From positions 7,758,066 to 7,822,065 of the forward strand of contig NW_002060943.1 of assembly GCF_000150275.1 (NCBI RefSeq): a DNA stretch of 64,000 nt. Direction: 5' to 3'. This document shows positions 33,601 to 46,072 of the stretch, one piece after another; the stretch's first letter is position 1, and every line of letters begins with the position of its first letter. The translations under genes and the position numbers were made by a program. Origin of the DNA: Trichoplax adhaerens. Its lineage: Eukaryota; Animalia; Placozoa. Below the pieces are notes generated by a model. It was not told the DNA's origin, did no database searches, and worked only from the letters and a program-made list of their open reading frames with translations.

Positions 33601-36600
33601 TTGTGAGCTAATCTTTTCAAACAATGAATTGCTGCCAGCCTAAAATGTTATTACATCAAAGTGTCATCGATTCATAACTATTTTTATATCCTAGGGTTTG
33701 TTAAATCACAGAACATTAATCGCATAAATTTACAAACCTAACACTCTCAATTTCATCATTTAACATATCCACAATGAAATCGGTTAACAGATGAGCAAAT
33801 GGTTCATATCTTTGGCCAAGTAGACACATTGACTCCACAGTAACAATTCGAACCTCTGAAAGAAGAATGAAAGTTTTAAAGATTTTGATTACGCACTAAA
33901 ATTAAATAGTATAATGTAAAAAATAGTTAAAAACTACATTATAATATAATTAATATATAATTACCCATAAATTCATCTTCGAGACCATGTACAAAAGCCC
34001 CACAGGCTCCACTTTCCATTAGATTGACGTCGTCGACTGTAAGTTCAGGCTATAAAACGTAAAATAAATCGCGTTAAATTCGAGATCACGAATTGTACAA
34101 TAATAAAGTACTTTGTTGCAACTATAGTTGAAGCAAGATATTCCATCTGCAGCACCTTAGGAGCATCCTTCTTCCAAACTCTTCCACTAGACCAACTAAC
34201 AGCTGATTCTCCAGCCTTTACTCTCTCAATTTTCTTTTCGTGGTCACTTTTACGTTTCTAAAAGAATGACACGTTAATTTACTAAATTCATATAGTAAGA
34301 TCTGGTGCCTTCAAGCCTTAGATATGTACCTGCAGATGAGACATGATTTTTTTATCCAATGTTTGCTCTAAATATTTGAAGCTAACTGGATGGAAAATAC
34401 CCTAGATTGTATAAAAATATGAGTTATTGGGCAATGTAATACTGCATATCAAAACACTATAACACAAAGTATAGTTATACCAAGAGTTTAGCGGCTTCAA
34501 CTCTCACTTTCATCGATAAATCGGTCATCTATACGCATATAAACAGTTCAGAAAATAATTAAGACTGGACGTAATCATTAGCTAAAAGCTATCATTTCAT
34601 GATAGTTTGTTACCATGCCACAGATTTTAATAAAGCCTTCGTCAGCTAGTTTGTTCTCCTCTCCTGACAATAGCGATTTATAGAAGCTATTATATCAAAG
34701 TTTATTCATTAGTAAGGGATACCCTCAGTATTTACTAAATTGCATGTAATATTATTGATTTCTAACCTGTCGCTATATTCCATACTTATGGCCCATATCA
34801 TCTTCATAGCATTAATTCGAACATCTTCATAATCATCTTTAATAGATTGAACGGCCTATTCCAAAAAAACAGTATACGGTTATGAACCATCTTCTTTTAA
34901 TAAAGTTGCTCATAACTGCATAAGATTGCTTTACAGAACTAACCCTGTCATAGCTTGGTAATTCCAATTTTATGCCTCTACTGTGTAAAGTTAGCTAAAC
35001 AGTAAACAAAAACAAGTTCTATTAAATTAGGTTCATGCACAGTTCCATAAAGGTATCAGTAACAAACCATGCTTTGCAGGGCGCTAGTTCTAACACGAGA
35101 ATCACGATCTTCGATATATCGACTAACCAATTGATGAATACCAACAACGTTCTGTGTAAATAAACGATTATAATTAATGTAGATGCATTAACTTTAAATT
35201 AGCACTAATTGTATCATTGAATATAAGTCTATTTCCTCACCGTAACAACGGGCACAGAACGAAAATTACTGCTAGATTCGCTGGAATTTAGCTTTAATGT
35301 ACTTGCAGGACTTAGCCATCCAATTAACTTCAAAGATTGACATCGGACAAGATGATGGTGATCATCAAGCAACTACGTTAAATTTCAAAAAAACTGTTGC
35401 TTAAAATCCAATATTATATGAGTAACATTACATATATAAGCCAATTCTTATTATGACAGTAATTACTGCAGCTTTTAGCATGCTCATTTAATTAAAAATC
35501 ATTATTACAACACAGCGTATCGTATGCGCTAACTAAGATCGAATAAATGCTGTTTCGTATTACTGTTGAACTCTTCTGTATCAGCAAAATTATATAACTA
35601 ATTTTTTTTGGTAGTATATTTAAAATAATGCCGCAAGTAAACTTGAAAAGTACATTACTCAGGTTTTATTCAGTAGTGTATTTTTGTGAAATATAAATGC
35701 TAGCAGTATTGTGCAGCATTTAATCAGAATATAAAAAATACAAGATTGTAAAATTAGACAAAATATAAGTTCAATTGACTTACGTCGATCGCAGCTTCCA
35801 GGACGTGCGCACAAATATCATTCTAAATGGTTAGCGATACAATTCTTAATATTAATCGAACATATCAACATCATTAGACATACATATTAATCGTTGATAT
35901 ATAGCATCCTGGTAGGTAGATACGCATATTCCTTTCTTCCTGGAATTTTAACTTACGTCATTTATATGTCTTTGCGTAATGGATAGGAGAGATTTTAATA
36001 ATTGCGATTTAACCATATTCGCCACTAAAGGAACAGTGCAAGTAACAGTTTAAAAATTAATTGTAGATTAACCAGAATAGTAGTGTATGCGACTGTTAGT
36101 ATAGTATGCAGAGCCCTAAGCTAGTACAGTACATTGAAGTTTTTATGGTATCTTAATTGAGCATGAAGCTATCGCTAACACAACGGTATAATACAGTTTA
36201 TGCAATCTTTTCCATTAGGTAGTACAGTATTGTGTGCATTGAAATTGCTAAAGTGATCAAATAATCTACTGGACTAGGCACTGAAAATAATTGTATGACT
36301 GTCTATTTCTATGGAAATACATTTCATTAATTCTACACTTTGATTTCATTGATAAAGATTATTAAAAGCATCATTGATTCAATCTAAAAATAACAGGCCT
36401 ATTTGTGAGATGAAATCTAAGATGTAGTTGCAATGCAATCGATGTACTCATCAATCTGTAAAGGTAGCTCAACAAATTTACATAAGTAGGCATAACAAGC
36501 ATATCAACGTTAAAATATCATTTTATCCAACTCTCAAGTTTTGTTGCTGATATTCGTTAATCCTACATGTCTATCACACTGTCTATGCAGTATTGTAAAC

Positions 36601-37315
36601 TATTGCAATTCTTTGATAGTAATCACATGGAGTTGAAATAGCAAGCTATCCTTTACATGTTATAAAGCTATTGATCAAGTAGGATACTGTCAATACAGAA
36701 GAGTGACTCCTCGTTTAAGTTGATTTGTATCATCGAACAGACGGTCTATTTCAACGATACTCTTTTCTTTCGGATAATCCACTTGATTTTGACCAAGTAG
36801 GTCAAAAGAGATGAATCATGTACAAGTATAGATGGATTTATAGCGCAATATGGTTATAGAGTCTACAACTGCTGTGTCAAGTTGCATTGTTAGCCATACT
36901 TTACTGTACCTTCATTCTTGAGCAAGGTGGTTAATCCATTGATCAAAGGCATGGTATTGATGAAAGAATAATTTGTTGCGACATTAGTTAGTAATGAAAT
37001 AATTTTAGCTCTAACAACAGCATCAGGTTCTTTGGAATAGCGTTCAATTAATTTGTTGATAACTTTCTCCATATCACAATTCGTGATATAAGGCAGTTTA
37101 TTACTAAATTCCAATAGAAATTGAAGGACATTAAGAGAATTCCATGAGTCAGGGATATCGAATGTATTGATCGAATCGGTATCCAGTTTAGAGCGTTTTC
37201 TCGATCTTACTCTTAATGGTGTCCGTACAGTCTCTTGACGTATAGTAAGAGTAACAGAAGACGATGCCATAGTAGCATCATTTTTACGTGCCCTTTTTCT
37301 ACCAGCACCAGACAT
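30642..37315 (-). CDS. INTS4: Integrator complex subunit 4, >20 exons
   Basis: Spliced peptides CGMMTDLSMKVRVEAAKLLG, YLEQTLDKKIMSHLQ, ESGACGAFVHGLEDEF, VDMLNDEIE and RFTARLPVAI match INTS4 HEAT-repeat and C-terminal regions. Start ATG 37315 is tentative. Confidence 0.9.
33019..33133 (-). other. U12-type GT-AG intron in INTS4
   Basis: Donor GTATCCTTT; branch TCTTAAC about 12 nt before the 3' end; no polypyrimidine tract; join ..DPS(H)IGIAIF in frame. Confidence 0.85.
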
Positions 37316-37741
37316 GTTGAATATTGCAATCGATGCCAATAACTTCTTTATTCCATGGACGTTGCTGTGGCAATGAGCTGGCTTTGAGCTTGTAGGACTT
37401 GCCTAAGACGTACAGTATGAGGGGGGCACCCATACGCTATCTAGTATAGAAGCTTTTTGGCCGTCAGTTGGTAGGATGAAATGGGTCTCACTAGAGATCC
37501 CTTCTAAGGGTCTCTAGGTCTCACTAGTGGGTTCGGAACGGCCTGGGATAATGATTGGACCGGACCGGACCGGACTGGACTGGATCGGACTGGGTCATTT
37601 CCATGTTGGGATAGTACCGGTACCGGTGGCTGTGACGTACCGGTCCCAGCACTTGCATCACAGTTCGTCACCAGCGTAGTCATGTCTACGCCACTGTAAT
37701 TCCTCGCTAGTCAACTTGGCCATTCCTACCGAGAAATTGCA
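37316..37741. promoter_or_regulatory. bidirectional promoter INTS4/BRCC3
   Basis: 426 bp between divergent ATGs, GC-enriched, with (GGACC/GGACT)n at 37557-37593. Confidence 0.75.
37492..37516. mobile_element. 25-bp palindromic micro-element with perfect 8-bp TSD
   Basis: GGTCTCAC [TAGAGATCCCTTCTAAGGGTCTCTA] GGTCTCAC; duplications at 37484-37491 and 37517-37524. Confidence 0.6.
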
Positions 37742-40700
37742 ATGCTTTCTGCTGTTTATTTGCCTTCAAATGTCTACATGGTTTGCCTAACTCACGCTCT
37801 ATCCAATGAGAAAGAGGAAGTTATGGGCTTATTGGTCGGAGAGGTAATATATTCTAGATCCAAGTTAAAGAATTGAACCGCTAAATGGCTAAATGATGTG
37901 ATGATGACGTGATACTGCAGTATATAGTCATACTGTACTAGCAAAACTCCGATAGTTGTAAAATAGTCATACTAAATCGATTCAAACGGTTATTCAACAA
38001 CTATGTTTATACGCGAATTTTTCATCAAAACTTCGTAAAATTGATACTGAAACAGCGACCTAGACGATATTTGAACAGCTTTTGTAGCAGCACTTTTCCA
38101 AAATATCCTACCTCATACTGTAGTACACCATTGCATGGAATAGTCAATCCTCACTTTCGACATTTCAACATGATATAAAGTTCTACTGTATAGATCTTAT
38201 GGTTCTGCAATCGACCAACATCATTACTAATCTGCGCATATTGATATGTAACTGATACTCGTATATCAAGCTATACTGTACATTCAGAACAACTTGATTA
38301 ATTTACCTTAACTGCAAGATGAATAATAATATACTGTACTGTACGAGTCTAGGTAGTCACATTAAGTTACTTCTTAACAACTGCAAAAATAGGTATCATC
38401 ACGTCATATTTCATTTGTACTGTATGTGTATATCATCTACCATATTGCGTCTTAGTAGCAATTAAAACAATCATCATACAGTATAAGCTAATATCGCTAA
38501 CAGTTAACTTGTCCTGTATTTGTAATGCCATAAATGATATATTTATTATGAATTGATTAACTATATTATAGGTCAACGAAAACAACGTGGCCCATATTAG
38601 TGCTGCGTTAATGTTGATCAGATCGGATAAAAGAAGTGATAGAGTGGAGATCTCACCAGAACAGTTAACATCAGCTTCCATTGAAGTGGAGATATCCAAC
38701 AGTAAATGTGTTGATACTATATGTGGAATACGTTCGGAGTCAAGACGCAGTAAATTGTACTCTACTAGACCTACATGAAAGCCCGGCATTACTGTTATTA
38801 TACGCCAATAAATAGTTTTTCGATATGTCAATAAGTGCAGCAAACGAATTCCCTGGTATTTGTTGTTAGCTAACTATGAAAGATTTGATAGTATTCTGTT
38901 GAGATATTAACAGATCATAGGTTAAAACAATTAAACTATTCGTTAAAGAAATAATTTACTTCATAGTAAAGTTCTACTAATCTTCTAGATAGCAAAACTA
39001 GATCAATAAAAAGAAATGATGCTCTTTAGCCTGAAAGTACTAGTGTATTTACTAAGAGTTATTAGCTACTGTATTACGTTTTATGCTACTTCTGATATCA
39101 ACTCACAAAGATTACAATTTCAATTGCTACTATACAAATCGAACGTTCCTTAACTTATTAATACCGACTTGCTTATACTCTCAATCGCCCACTACGAATT
39201 GTTGGATGGTATCATTCTCATCCACATATCACAGTTTGGCCATCTCATGTAGGTAAGATTGTACTGTTGATTATATATATACTTTCACAATATCAATATA
39301 TACAAGAGAATAATCAATACTGTACATGCTGTAAGAAATACGCCTACTATGAGTACTATCTAAGTATTTCACTTGAAGAAATCGCCTACACTAGCCGTAT
39401 TGAAAGTGATAGAATTGTTGATCTACTTGAACACTCTCTGGTATTAACTTAAAATTGCTAAGTAGTAACAGATATCTTGATCGTCATTGCCGTACTTTAT
39501 TGTTTTCGAGTTATTTTAAAGTAATCACAATTTCTTAGTAATATATTATATATATATAAACCTTGGGTTCTATACTAATATTCCAGCAAAAATTGTATGT
39601 GTAACATTGCTTTTAATTATTGCATTTCAGATGTTAGGACACAGGCCATGTATCAAATGATGGATAAAAATTTCATTGGATTAATATTTTCCGTTTTTAA
39701 TGAAGACTCGAATAAGGTTTATATGAGCATGCTTAACTAGCGGGTCTATCTGAATTGTAGTCCTTACTATAATTAAATAGTTATAATCATCCTATTGTGA
39801 AAAGGTACCACTGTAATAGTTATAGAGCACATTCGTTGTAGGTTTATATATTTATACAGCTCCACCCTATTATAGATGACCATTATAATAAAGGCATACT
39901 GCATTTTTAAAATAATGACGTTGCTTATTATATACTTCAGAATGGAAGAATTCAAGTTACATGCTTCCAATCAACTGATTACGATAATAGTAGGTATGTA
40001 GCATAAACAAATGTTAACATCTGGTAAATCTTAGTCAAACTTTACAAATGCTATTTTAAAAGGATAAAGTTATGCATTTTTTGAACATATTACTTTTCTA
40101 GAATCGCCAATTGATAGTATTCAATTTACGTAACATTATTCTGTATGTTTTTACTAGCTCTTCTGCTGTAAAGATCAAATTACACATCACACCAGCGAAT
40201 GAATTAGGAATTGTGACGTTAAATTCTCTTTCAAATTTACTACGCATTTTAACTGAGGTGCATTTCGTTTATATCAATTTGACGTCAAATCGAAATTCTT
40301 ATAATTTATCCACTTATTAATACATAACAGGAAGAGAAAACGGCGTACCGTGACAAAGCAGGGTATGGCAGATCATGCTCTAACTACTTTATGAAAATCT
40401 ATGCTAGCTTCTTATTTTACTGTTACTTTACAGAACTAAAAGCCAGGATATTCTTACAGTCTTGCACAACGGCTCAGGTAATATACTACTAAAAGCAAGT
40501 ATTATCATAAATTGTACTAAAACTAATGCATAAATCCAGACTGATCAATTTTTACATTTGCAGTACACATGATATCTACATGCCACATTATGGATGTCCT
40601 TTGTGAACCTCTTATGAGAGGAATGCAATTAAAATTGCAACAAAATCAACAAATGATAGAAAATTTACGGGCACAGAAAGAGAAGTTACAACACAAATTG

Positions 40701-40772
40701 CAAACTACAGTTCCTCCTGTTATTCCGAGCTTTGATCAATCTAATAGCTCTATAAAATTTTCGAACATTTAA
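37742..40772 (+). CDS. BRCC3: Lys63 deubiquitinase BRCC36 (JAMM/MPN+), 9 exons
   Basis: Exons 37742-37843, 38572-38691, 39165-39252, 39631-39716, 39941-39993, 40158-40257, 40331-40362, 40434-40477 and 40564-40772. Motifs CLTHALSNEKEEVMGLLVGE, RSDKRSDRVEISPEQL and GWYHSHPHITVWPSHVDVRTQAMYQMMD. Confidence 0.95.
38692..39164 (+). other. U12-type AT-AC intron in BRCC3
   Basis: Donor ATATCCAA; branch TTCCTTAAC at 39146-39154; terminal AC at 39163-39164. The join gives ..SIEVE|RLAYTLNRPLRIVGWYHSH, colinear with BRCC36. Confidence 0.92.
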
Positions 40773-41207
40773 TGAAATAGTTACTGTACTGTAAATATGA
40801 TGTCTACAATCAGTCAATTATAATAATAGCGTATCAGCGGTTACAGAAATAATTTGTTATTGATTTATTACTTAACATAGTGTAATCGATGATTGTAATC
40901 TATAGCGATTACTTATATGTCAAATATGTAAAAATTTATAATACAATGCTGCTATATTTCTTGTATCATGAACGATATTCGAACTAACTAATGATTATAA
41001 TCTATTCGATTCTATTTTCATGATGGTGCAGCATTATAGCCTAACACAAATTAGCCAGTTTTTTAGTCATTTATGTGCTATTTGTTAATTTAAGAAACCT
41101 TGGCAAATTCCAATCGTAGAATACTTGACCCCTTTCTGTACATGCCAACTTCAGTCTGATAACACAGTAACATTACATTAAAGTATTCAATTCTGGTATT
41201 GGACATA

Positions 41208-43289
41208 TTAAAATGGACTACCTCCACTAACACAATACCAAACCTTTACATAACGCTTAACTGGATCTATAACTGCGTAACAAAATGTCTGCTGTTGAGA
41301 CTCTGCAGATGGAAATAGAGTGTTATCTTTCTCATCCTATTTAGAAACAGCAACAAATGACTTAAATTAATATGTATTACGTGTAATAACTCATACACAT
41401 TTAATCATTTAATTGGCAAAATATAACGTCTGCTTAAATCTGTAAAGGGTTATGTACAGAACGTACCTTGGCTGCCAAAAGATATACGAAGGAAGTAACA
41501 AATGGTTTCTTAGTGACCTTATCCTTTTGGACTCTATAATTTTAATATGACAAACACAAAATTCTGACGGAAAATAACAGAACAGAAATTAACAAATAAA
41601 AACTACTTCAACTATTTTATACAAACAATACCTAACCCAAATTAAATGTGCCCGAATAAGGTTATGATTCAATATTAGAAAAAAATTAACATTCTATCGC
41701 TATATTAGCGCTTACGTTAGCAAATCCTTATAAATAGATTTAGCTGTATCAAGGTAGGGCTGGATATCATCTTCATGCTAGATTGTGAATTTTCCAAAAT
41801 TAGTAATCTTAGTAATAGCAGCTGAGCGACGACCTAAGGCAAAATCTATTCTGACATTGGCGGTAAAATATACCTGGCATATTGGCCCTCCAATCACAAG
41901 ATGCTGAAATATTCGAAATAAGAATTCAGAACGTTCTTCCTTACTGAACAAATCGTAATGATCGGAATCTTCCATTAGTAACATCTACAAAAATGAATAG
42001 CGTACGAATGTTTAGAACCTTAATCGTCATATTTTCCGCCATTCTATTCATATTGAATTACTATTAATCACTTATCATTGATAAGTAAAAGTCTATACTT
42101 GAATAAAGTTACGCTATCTAAAACATCAAGCATAAGAAACTACTAAGGTGACGGAATTAAAAACCTTTCGAAGTTCATCCGAAAGAATCAAATTCTCATA
42201 GTATTCATCGTAACACTGCACAATTTTGCCATTTTCATGCACGATACCTAAGAATATTTAATCCAATATATATATCATATACGCGTACATATTTATATTC
42301 CTTGTAAATAATGAATATAAGGTATGCTTATGATCAATAAATAGATAGAGTACTACCTTCTGAAAAAAGTTTATCAAAAAACTCAAGGCTAGTTAGGCTG
42401 CATAACATCTGTGTTATAGAAACTTTAGCAGGCGATATTCCTGTAGAATATTAGATTACCTCGACTTTTAAATCTTGCAATTTAATAAAAATTTTAAATT
42501 ATAGCCGTAAAAATGATTTATTCTGTAATAAATAAACTTGCCTAAGGGTACCCAAGATCCTGACGATGAAAGTACCTTAGAGTGTAAGGATGATCAGTAT
42601 GAAATATTTCGGTTAATTGTATTTGCATATACGTTAAATCTACGCAATTCTATTGACAATACTAATTTAGTGAAAATAATTAGCGTAGCAATTTACTTTC
42701 AAATTGGTAATCACTTCAGGGCTATGAAAGAATGCCTAGCAAAAGTAAAGCATATTGTGAGTCAATAGTCATCACTAAAATTATAAGCTTGTAAGATATG
42801 AATATCGTGCTGCGTTACTGAAATTATTTTAAGATTTTATGGCAATGAACCGCTTAATGTATTATTGACCTACGTATTATATACCGTAAAAAAGTCTTGT
42901 TTCTGATATTGCTGGAATTGTTGATCGAAATTAAATAAAGCTGTTTTCATTTGTTGATGCATTGACCTTAATATAGAAAGGGGGTTTACATTAATCTTCT
43001 TCAATCAGCCACTTTAATCAGGAACACCTACATATCATCTTCTATAAGCTGTGTATATGCCACGCGAGTATTATAGAACTATGTATCCTCATTTCTTAAT
43101 TAATTTATTCTAGAATTAAGGCACTCAAAGGTTTTGAAATAACGTATTATTGCCTATGAATGATAAAGAGAACATTGCTAACCATTTTTGTAGCAGATCT
43201 TTAATGTTACGATTGGTGAGAAAGTCAAATTCATGCCCTTCAAGATATCTGAAAGTAAATTTTGGTTTGATATTGGATTGTTCTGCCAT
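41208..43289 (-). CDS. CFAP300: Cilia- and flagella-associated protein 300 (C11orf70), dynein arm assembly factor
   Basis: LLQKWSM..FNFDQQFQQYQKQDF, SDELRKMLLMEDSDHYDLFSKEERSEFLFRIFQHLVIGGPICQ and QTFCYAVIDPVKRYVKVWY. Confidence 0.92.
42441..42541 (-). other. GC-AG intron in CFAP300
   Basis: AG|GCAAGT donor; in-frame join SSGSWVPL(G)ISPAKV. Confidence 0.8.
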
Positions 43290-43670
43290 AGCTATAGTAG
43301 GGAGATAAGTAATAATTATAGAATTAATTAATTACCAATATAATTAACTGAATGATAGCAGACTACATTTTAAATAATCAAAATCAATTACAAAATCAAT
43401 TACATGTAACATGATTTACCAGATCGTAAGCTTCAGGTCTTTAGCTATCTTACTACAGATAATTTTAATTTTGGTTACGAGGAGAATTGATATCTAAAAT
43501 GATCGTAGATTGTATTGGATTTTTACAACCTTAATGGTATATCCACATGAATTATTTGTTAACGATTGCAACGTTCCTGTTAATATTCTGCAAGTGTTGA
43601 TATTCCGAACATAAATTCCCTCAATTAAGCAACAGGCGGACAGACACAAACGCAAGATATTACCCCTTTT

Positions 43671-43683
43671 GTATCATAGCAAC
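43671..43683. promoter_or_regulatory. RFX X-box-like element between divergent CFAP300 and CFAP410
   Basis: GTATCATAGCAAC (reverse complement GTTGCTATGATAC) resembles the RFX palindrome GTTGCCATGGCAAC. Confidence 0.55.
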
Positions 43684-44121
43684 CATGAGTGTTACAGACA
43701 GATAGCCATTTCAGTAAGCCTAGGGACTTTCTGAGCTGGTTGGCCTGTTGGTAATTGTATGTTTCTCACTTGTTTCAGTACTATTATTATAGAGAGGGAA
43801 AGACTACGCATACTAACTCTTTTATGCCCATTCAAATGCACCTATTTTCGTATAGTACCCTGTATCGGAGATCAGAACCACTTCAAATAATATAAATAAT
43901 ATAACGAATAACGGAAAAATAACGGTAAAGTAATTCTATGAATAACCAATGATAATAGCCGCTACTTTAATAATAATATTACGAAATAGTTGACAGTCTT
44001 AATAGAGAACATTTACGGTGATTAAGCAAACACAACTCCATCCATATATCCTTATCCCATTTTAAAAGTGATTCAATAAGGTGCGGCGAATCCCTAATAG
44101 ATATACGTATTAGGGCGAAAT

Positions 44122-45223
44122 ATGAGCGATCGAATGGAAGAAAAAATTTTAAATAGGACGAAAGCTCCATCACTAAATCATGTGAAAAATTTAAATTGCT
44201 GGGGCTGGAAAATAAACGATTTATCCATCATGAGGCGGATGCCTAGTTTAAGAGTATTAAATTTAAGCGTAAATGACATTACTAGCTTACAACACTTACA
44301 AGATTGTCATCAACTAGTTGAATTATACCTACGAAGGAACAAAATACAAGATTTAGACGAGCTGCAATATCTAAAAAATTTAAAATATTTACGAGTCATT
44401 TGGCTTTCAAACAACCCTTGTGTAAATATCGATAATTATCGTCAGAAAGTGAGTTTAATTTTACCGCAATTAGAAAAGCTCGATAATCAGAAAATCCCAA
44501 AAAGAGATGACTGGGAAGATAGTGATCATGAGTCAGAAGAAACTAATAACAAAACTACATCAAAAGGAAAGCATGCAAGTGGAAATCATGTAAGCCTCAG
44601 TACTGGAACAAATTTTAACTTGGATTTAAAATGAAATCCTTTAAATTGCTCATAACTGTAGTAAAAGAAAACGAATAATGGTGTAGCAACTTGTGATGTA
44701 CTACGTTGTTCGTGTATATTAATCATTTGGTTTACCTTTTTTACCTTACAGAAATCGAGAAGCAATCCCAAAACTGCCAAGCCTAGCCATTTCACTAGTA
44801 GTAAGTCTTCACGCTATCGATCAATAAATAAATTTACAGTATAATGCATGAAAGGCTTTTCTACTATTATCGAGCGCAGTAACGTAATTTAAGTTATGCT
44901 ATACATGCTTTTAAGTCTACTATTCAAATTGTTTAACTTCAAAATACTAATAGCACGCTACATGTAATGCTGTAATTTACGTGTAAAAATTAAGAACTTG
45001 CCATTCTTATCCTTCAGCAGGGAATTCGATCTCAAGTAGCAAGCACAGTCAAGATTCTACATCGGAAAGTAATATCTTAACTGCTGTACTTTGTTTATTA
45101 AAAGAACTTAATTCAGAAGACTTGGAAATGGTCATACTAAAAGCTCAAGAACAAGTAGACAAGCAAGATTCTATAGAAACTCATGGATCAGATAACTTAG
45201 ACACTATTGCTGAGATTGAGTGA
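44122..45223 (+). CDS. CFAP410: LRR protein CFAP410 (C21orf2), join(44122..44589,44752..44800,45018 or 45021..45223)
   Basis: VKNLNCWG..MPSLRVLNLSVNDI..ELYLRRNKI..LRVIWLSNNPC, and C-terminal NILTAVLCLLKELNSEDLE. Confidence 0.93.
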
Positions 45224-46072
45224 ATCAATATAATGTTTACCAATATAGTATATTAAGCCTCTAATTAATTCTGTACAATACTATTTACAATAAATTAATT
45301 GATCTTAAATTATACAGCTATTAGTGTACTCAACACGAAGTACGCATATATATTTGCATTTATATTAGTTTCTATAAGAACTTAAAGCGTAGTAATTATT
45401 GTAATGACTCGATCCAGTTATGGCATAAGGAATTTGATTTGTACATAACTTTGTTAAGAATGTGCTATATTGTCTTAATAAGCTACCTTTATAATGGGTT
45501 AAGAAATAATACAGAAAACACAACACCAGTGACTAGAAATACATCACTATCGATTACTGTATTGAACATCAATTTCATACAATCAATTGCAGTCTTGTAA
45601 TAAAGCTATGTCTACACTAAAAATCGCAGTCAAATGCTCATGGCATAATTATTTAAAGAAGGGACTCAATTTATTAGTTTACAAGTTATAGATAACATGC
45701 TATCTTACAATAATATTTATGTAAGGCTTATCGCCTAATGATTTCAGAGTAAGGTAAAAGATCACAAGTTTAAAGACTAGAAATATAAAATAAATAAATA
45801 TTCTGTAGACTGCGAAAATGGCAATTTCGTCGAATAAACATCTCTTAGCTACATATATTGCCATAAAAACAAAAACTTTATAAGAAGTATTCATGAATTG
45901 ATATAGAAAGAATTTGAGAATTAAAATTCATTTCATGCTATAATATTTCTAATCTAATCGCATTATAAAATGTTCGAATAATTTCAAATGAAAGGGAAGC
46001 TAATGTTAGTCTAGGCAATAGATTAGCTATATAACGATGGACAATCCTTTTAAAAATAATCCTCCATCACTT

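Noticed and set aside
37672-37696. GCGTAG..CTACGCCACTG resembling a DNA-transposon terminus
   Set aside because: Only a 6-bp stem, incomplete left end, no TSD.
38433-38843. 136-aa minus-strand ORF and similar antisense ORFs (5325, 3659, 43979, 62571)
   Set aside because: Shadow ORFs opposite real exons.
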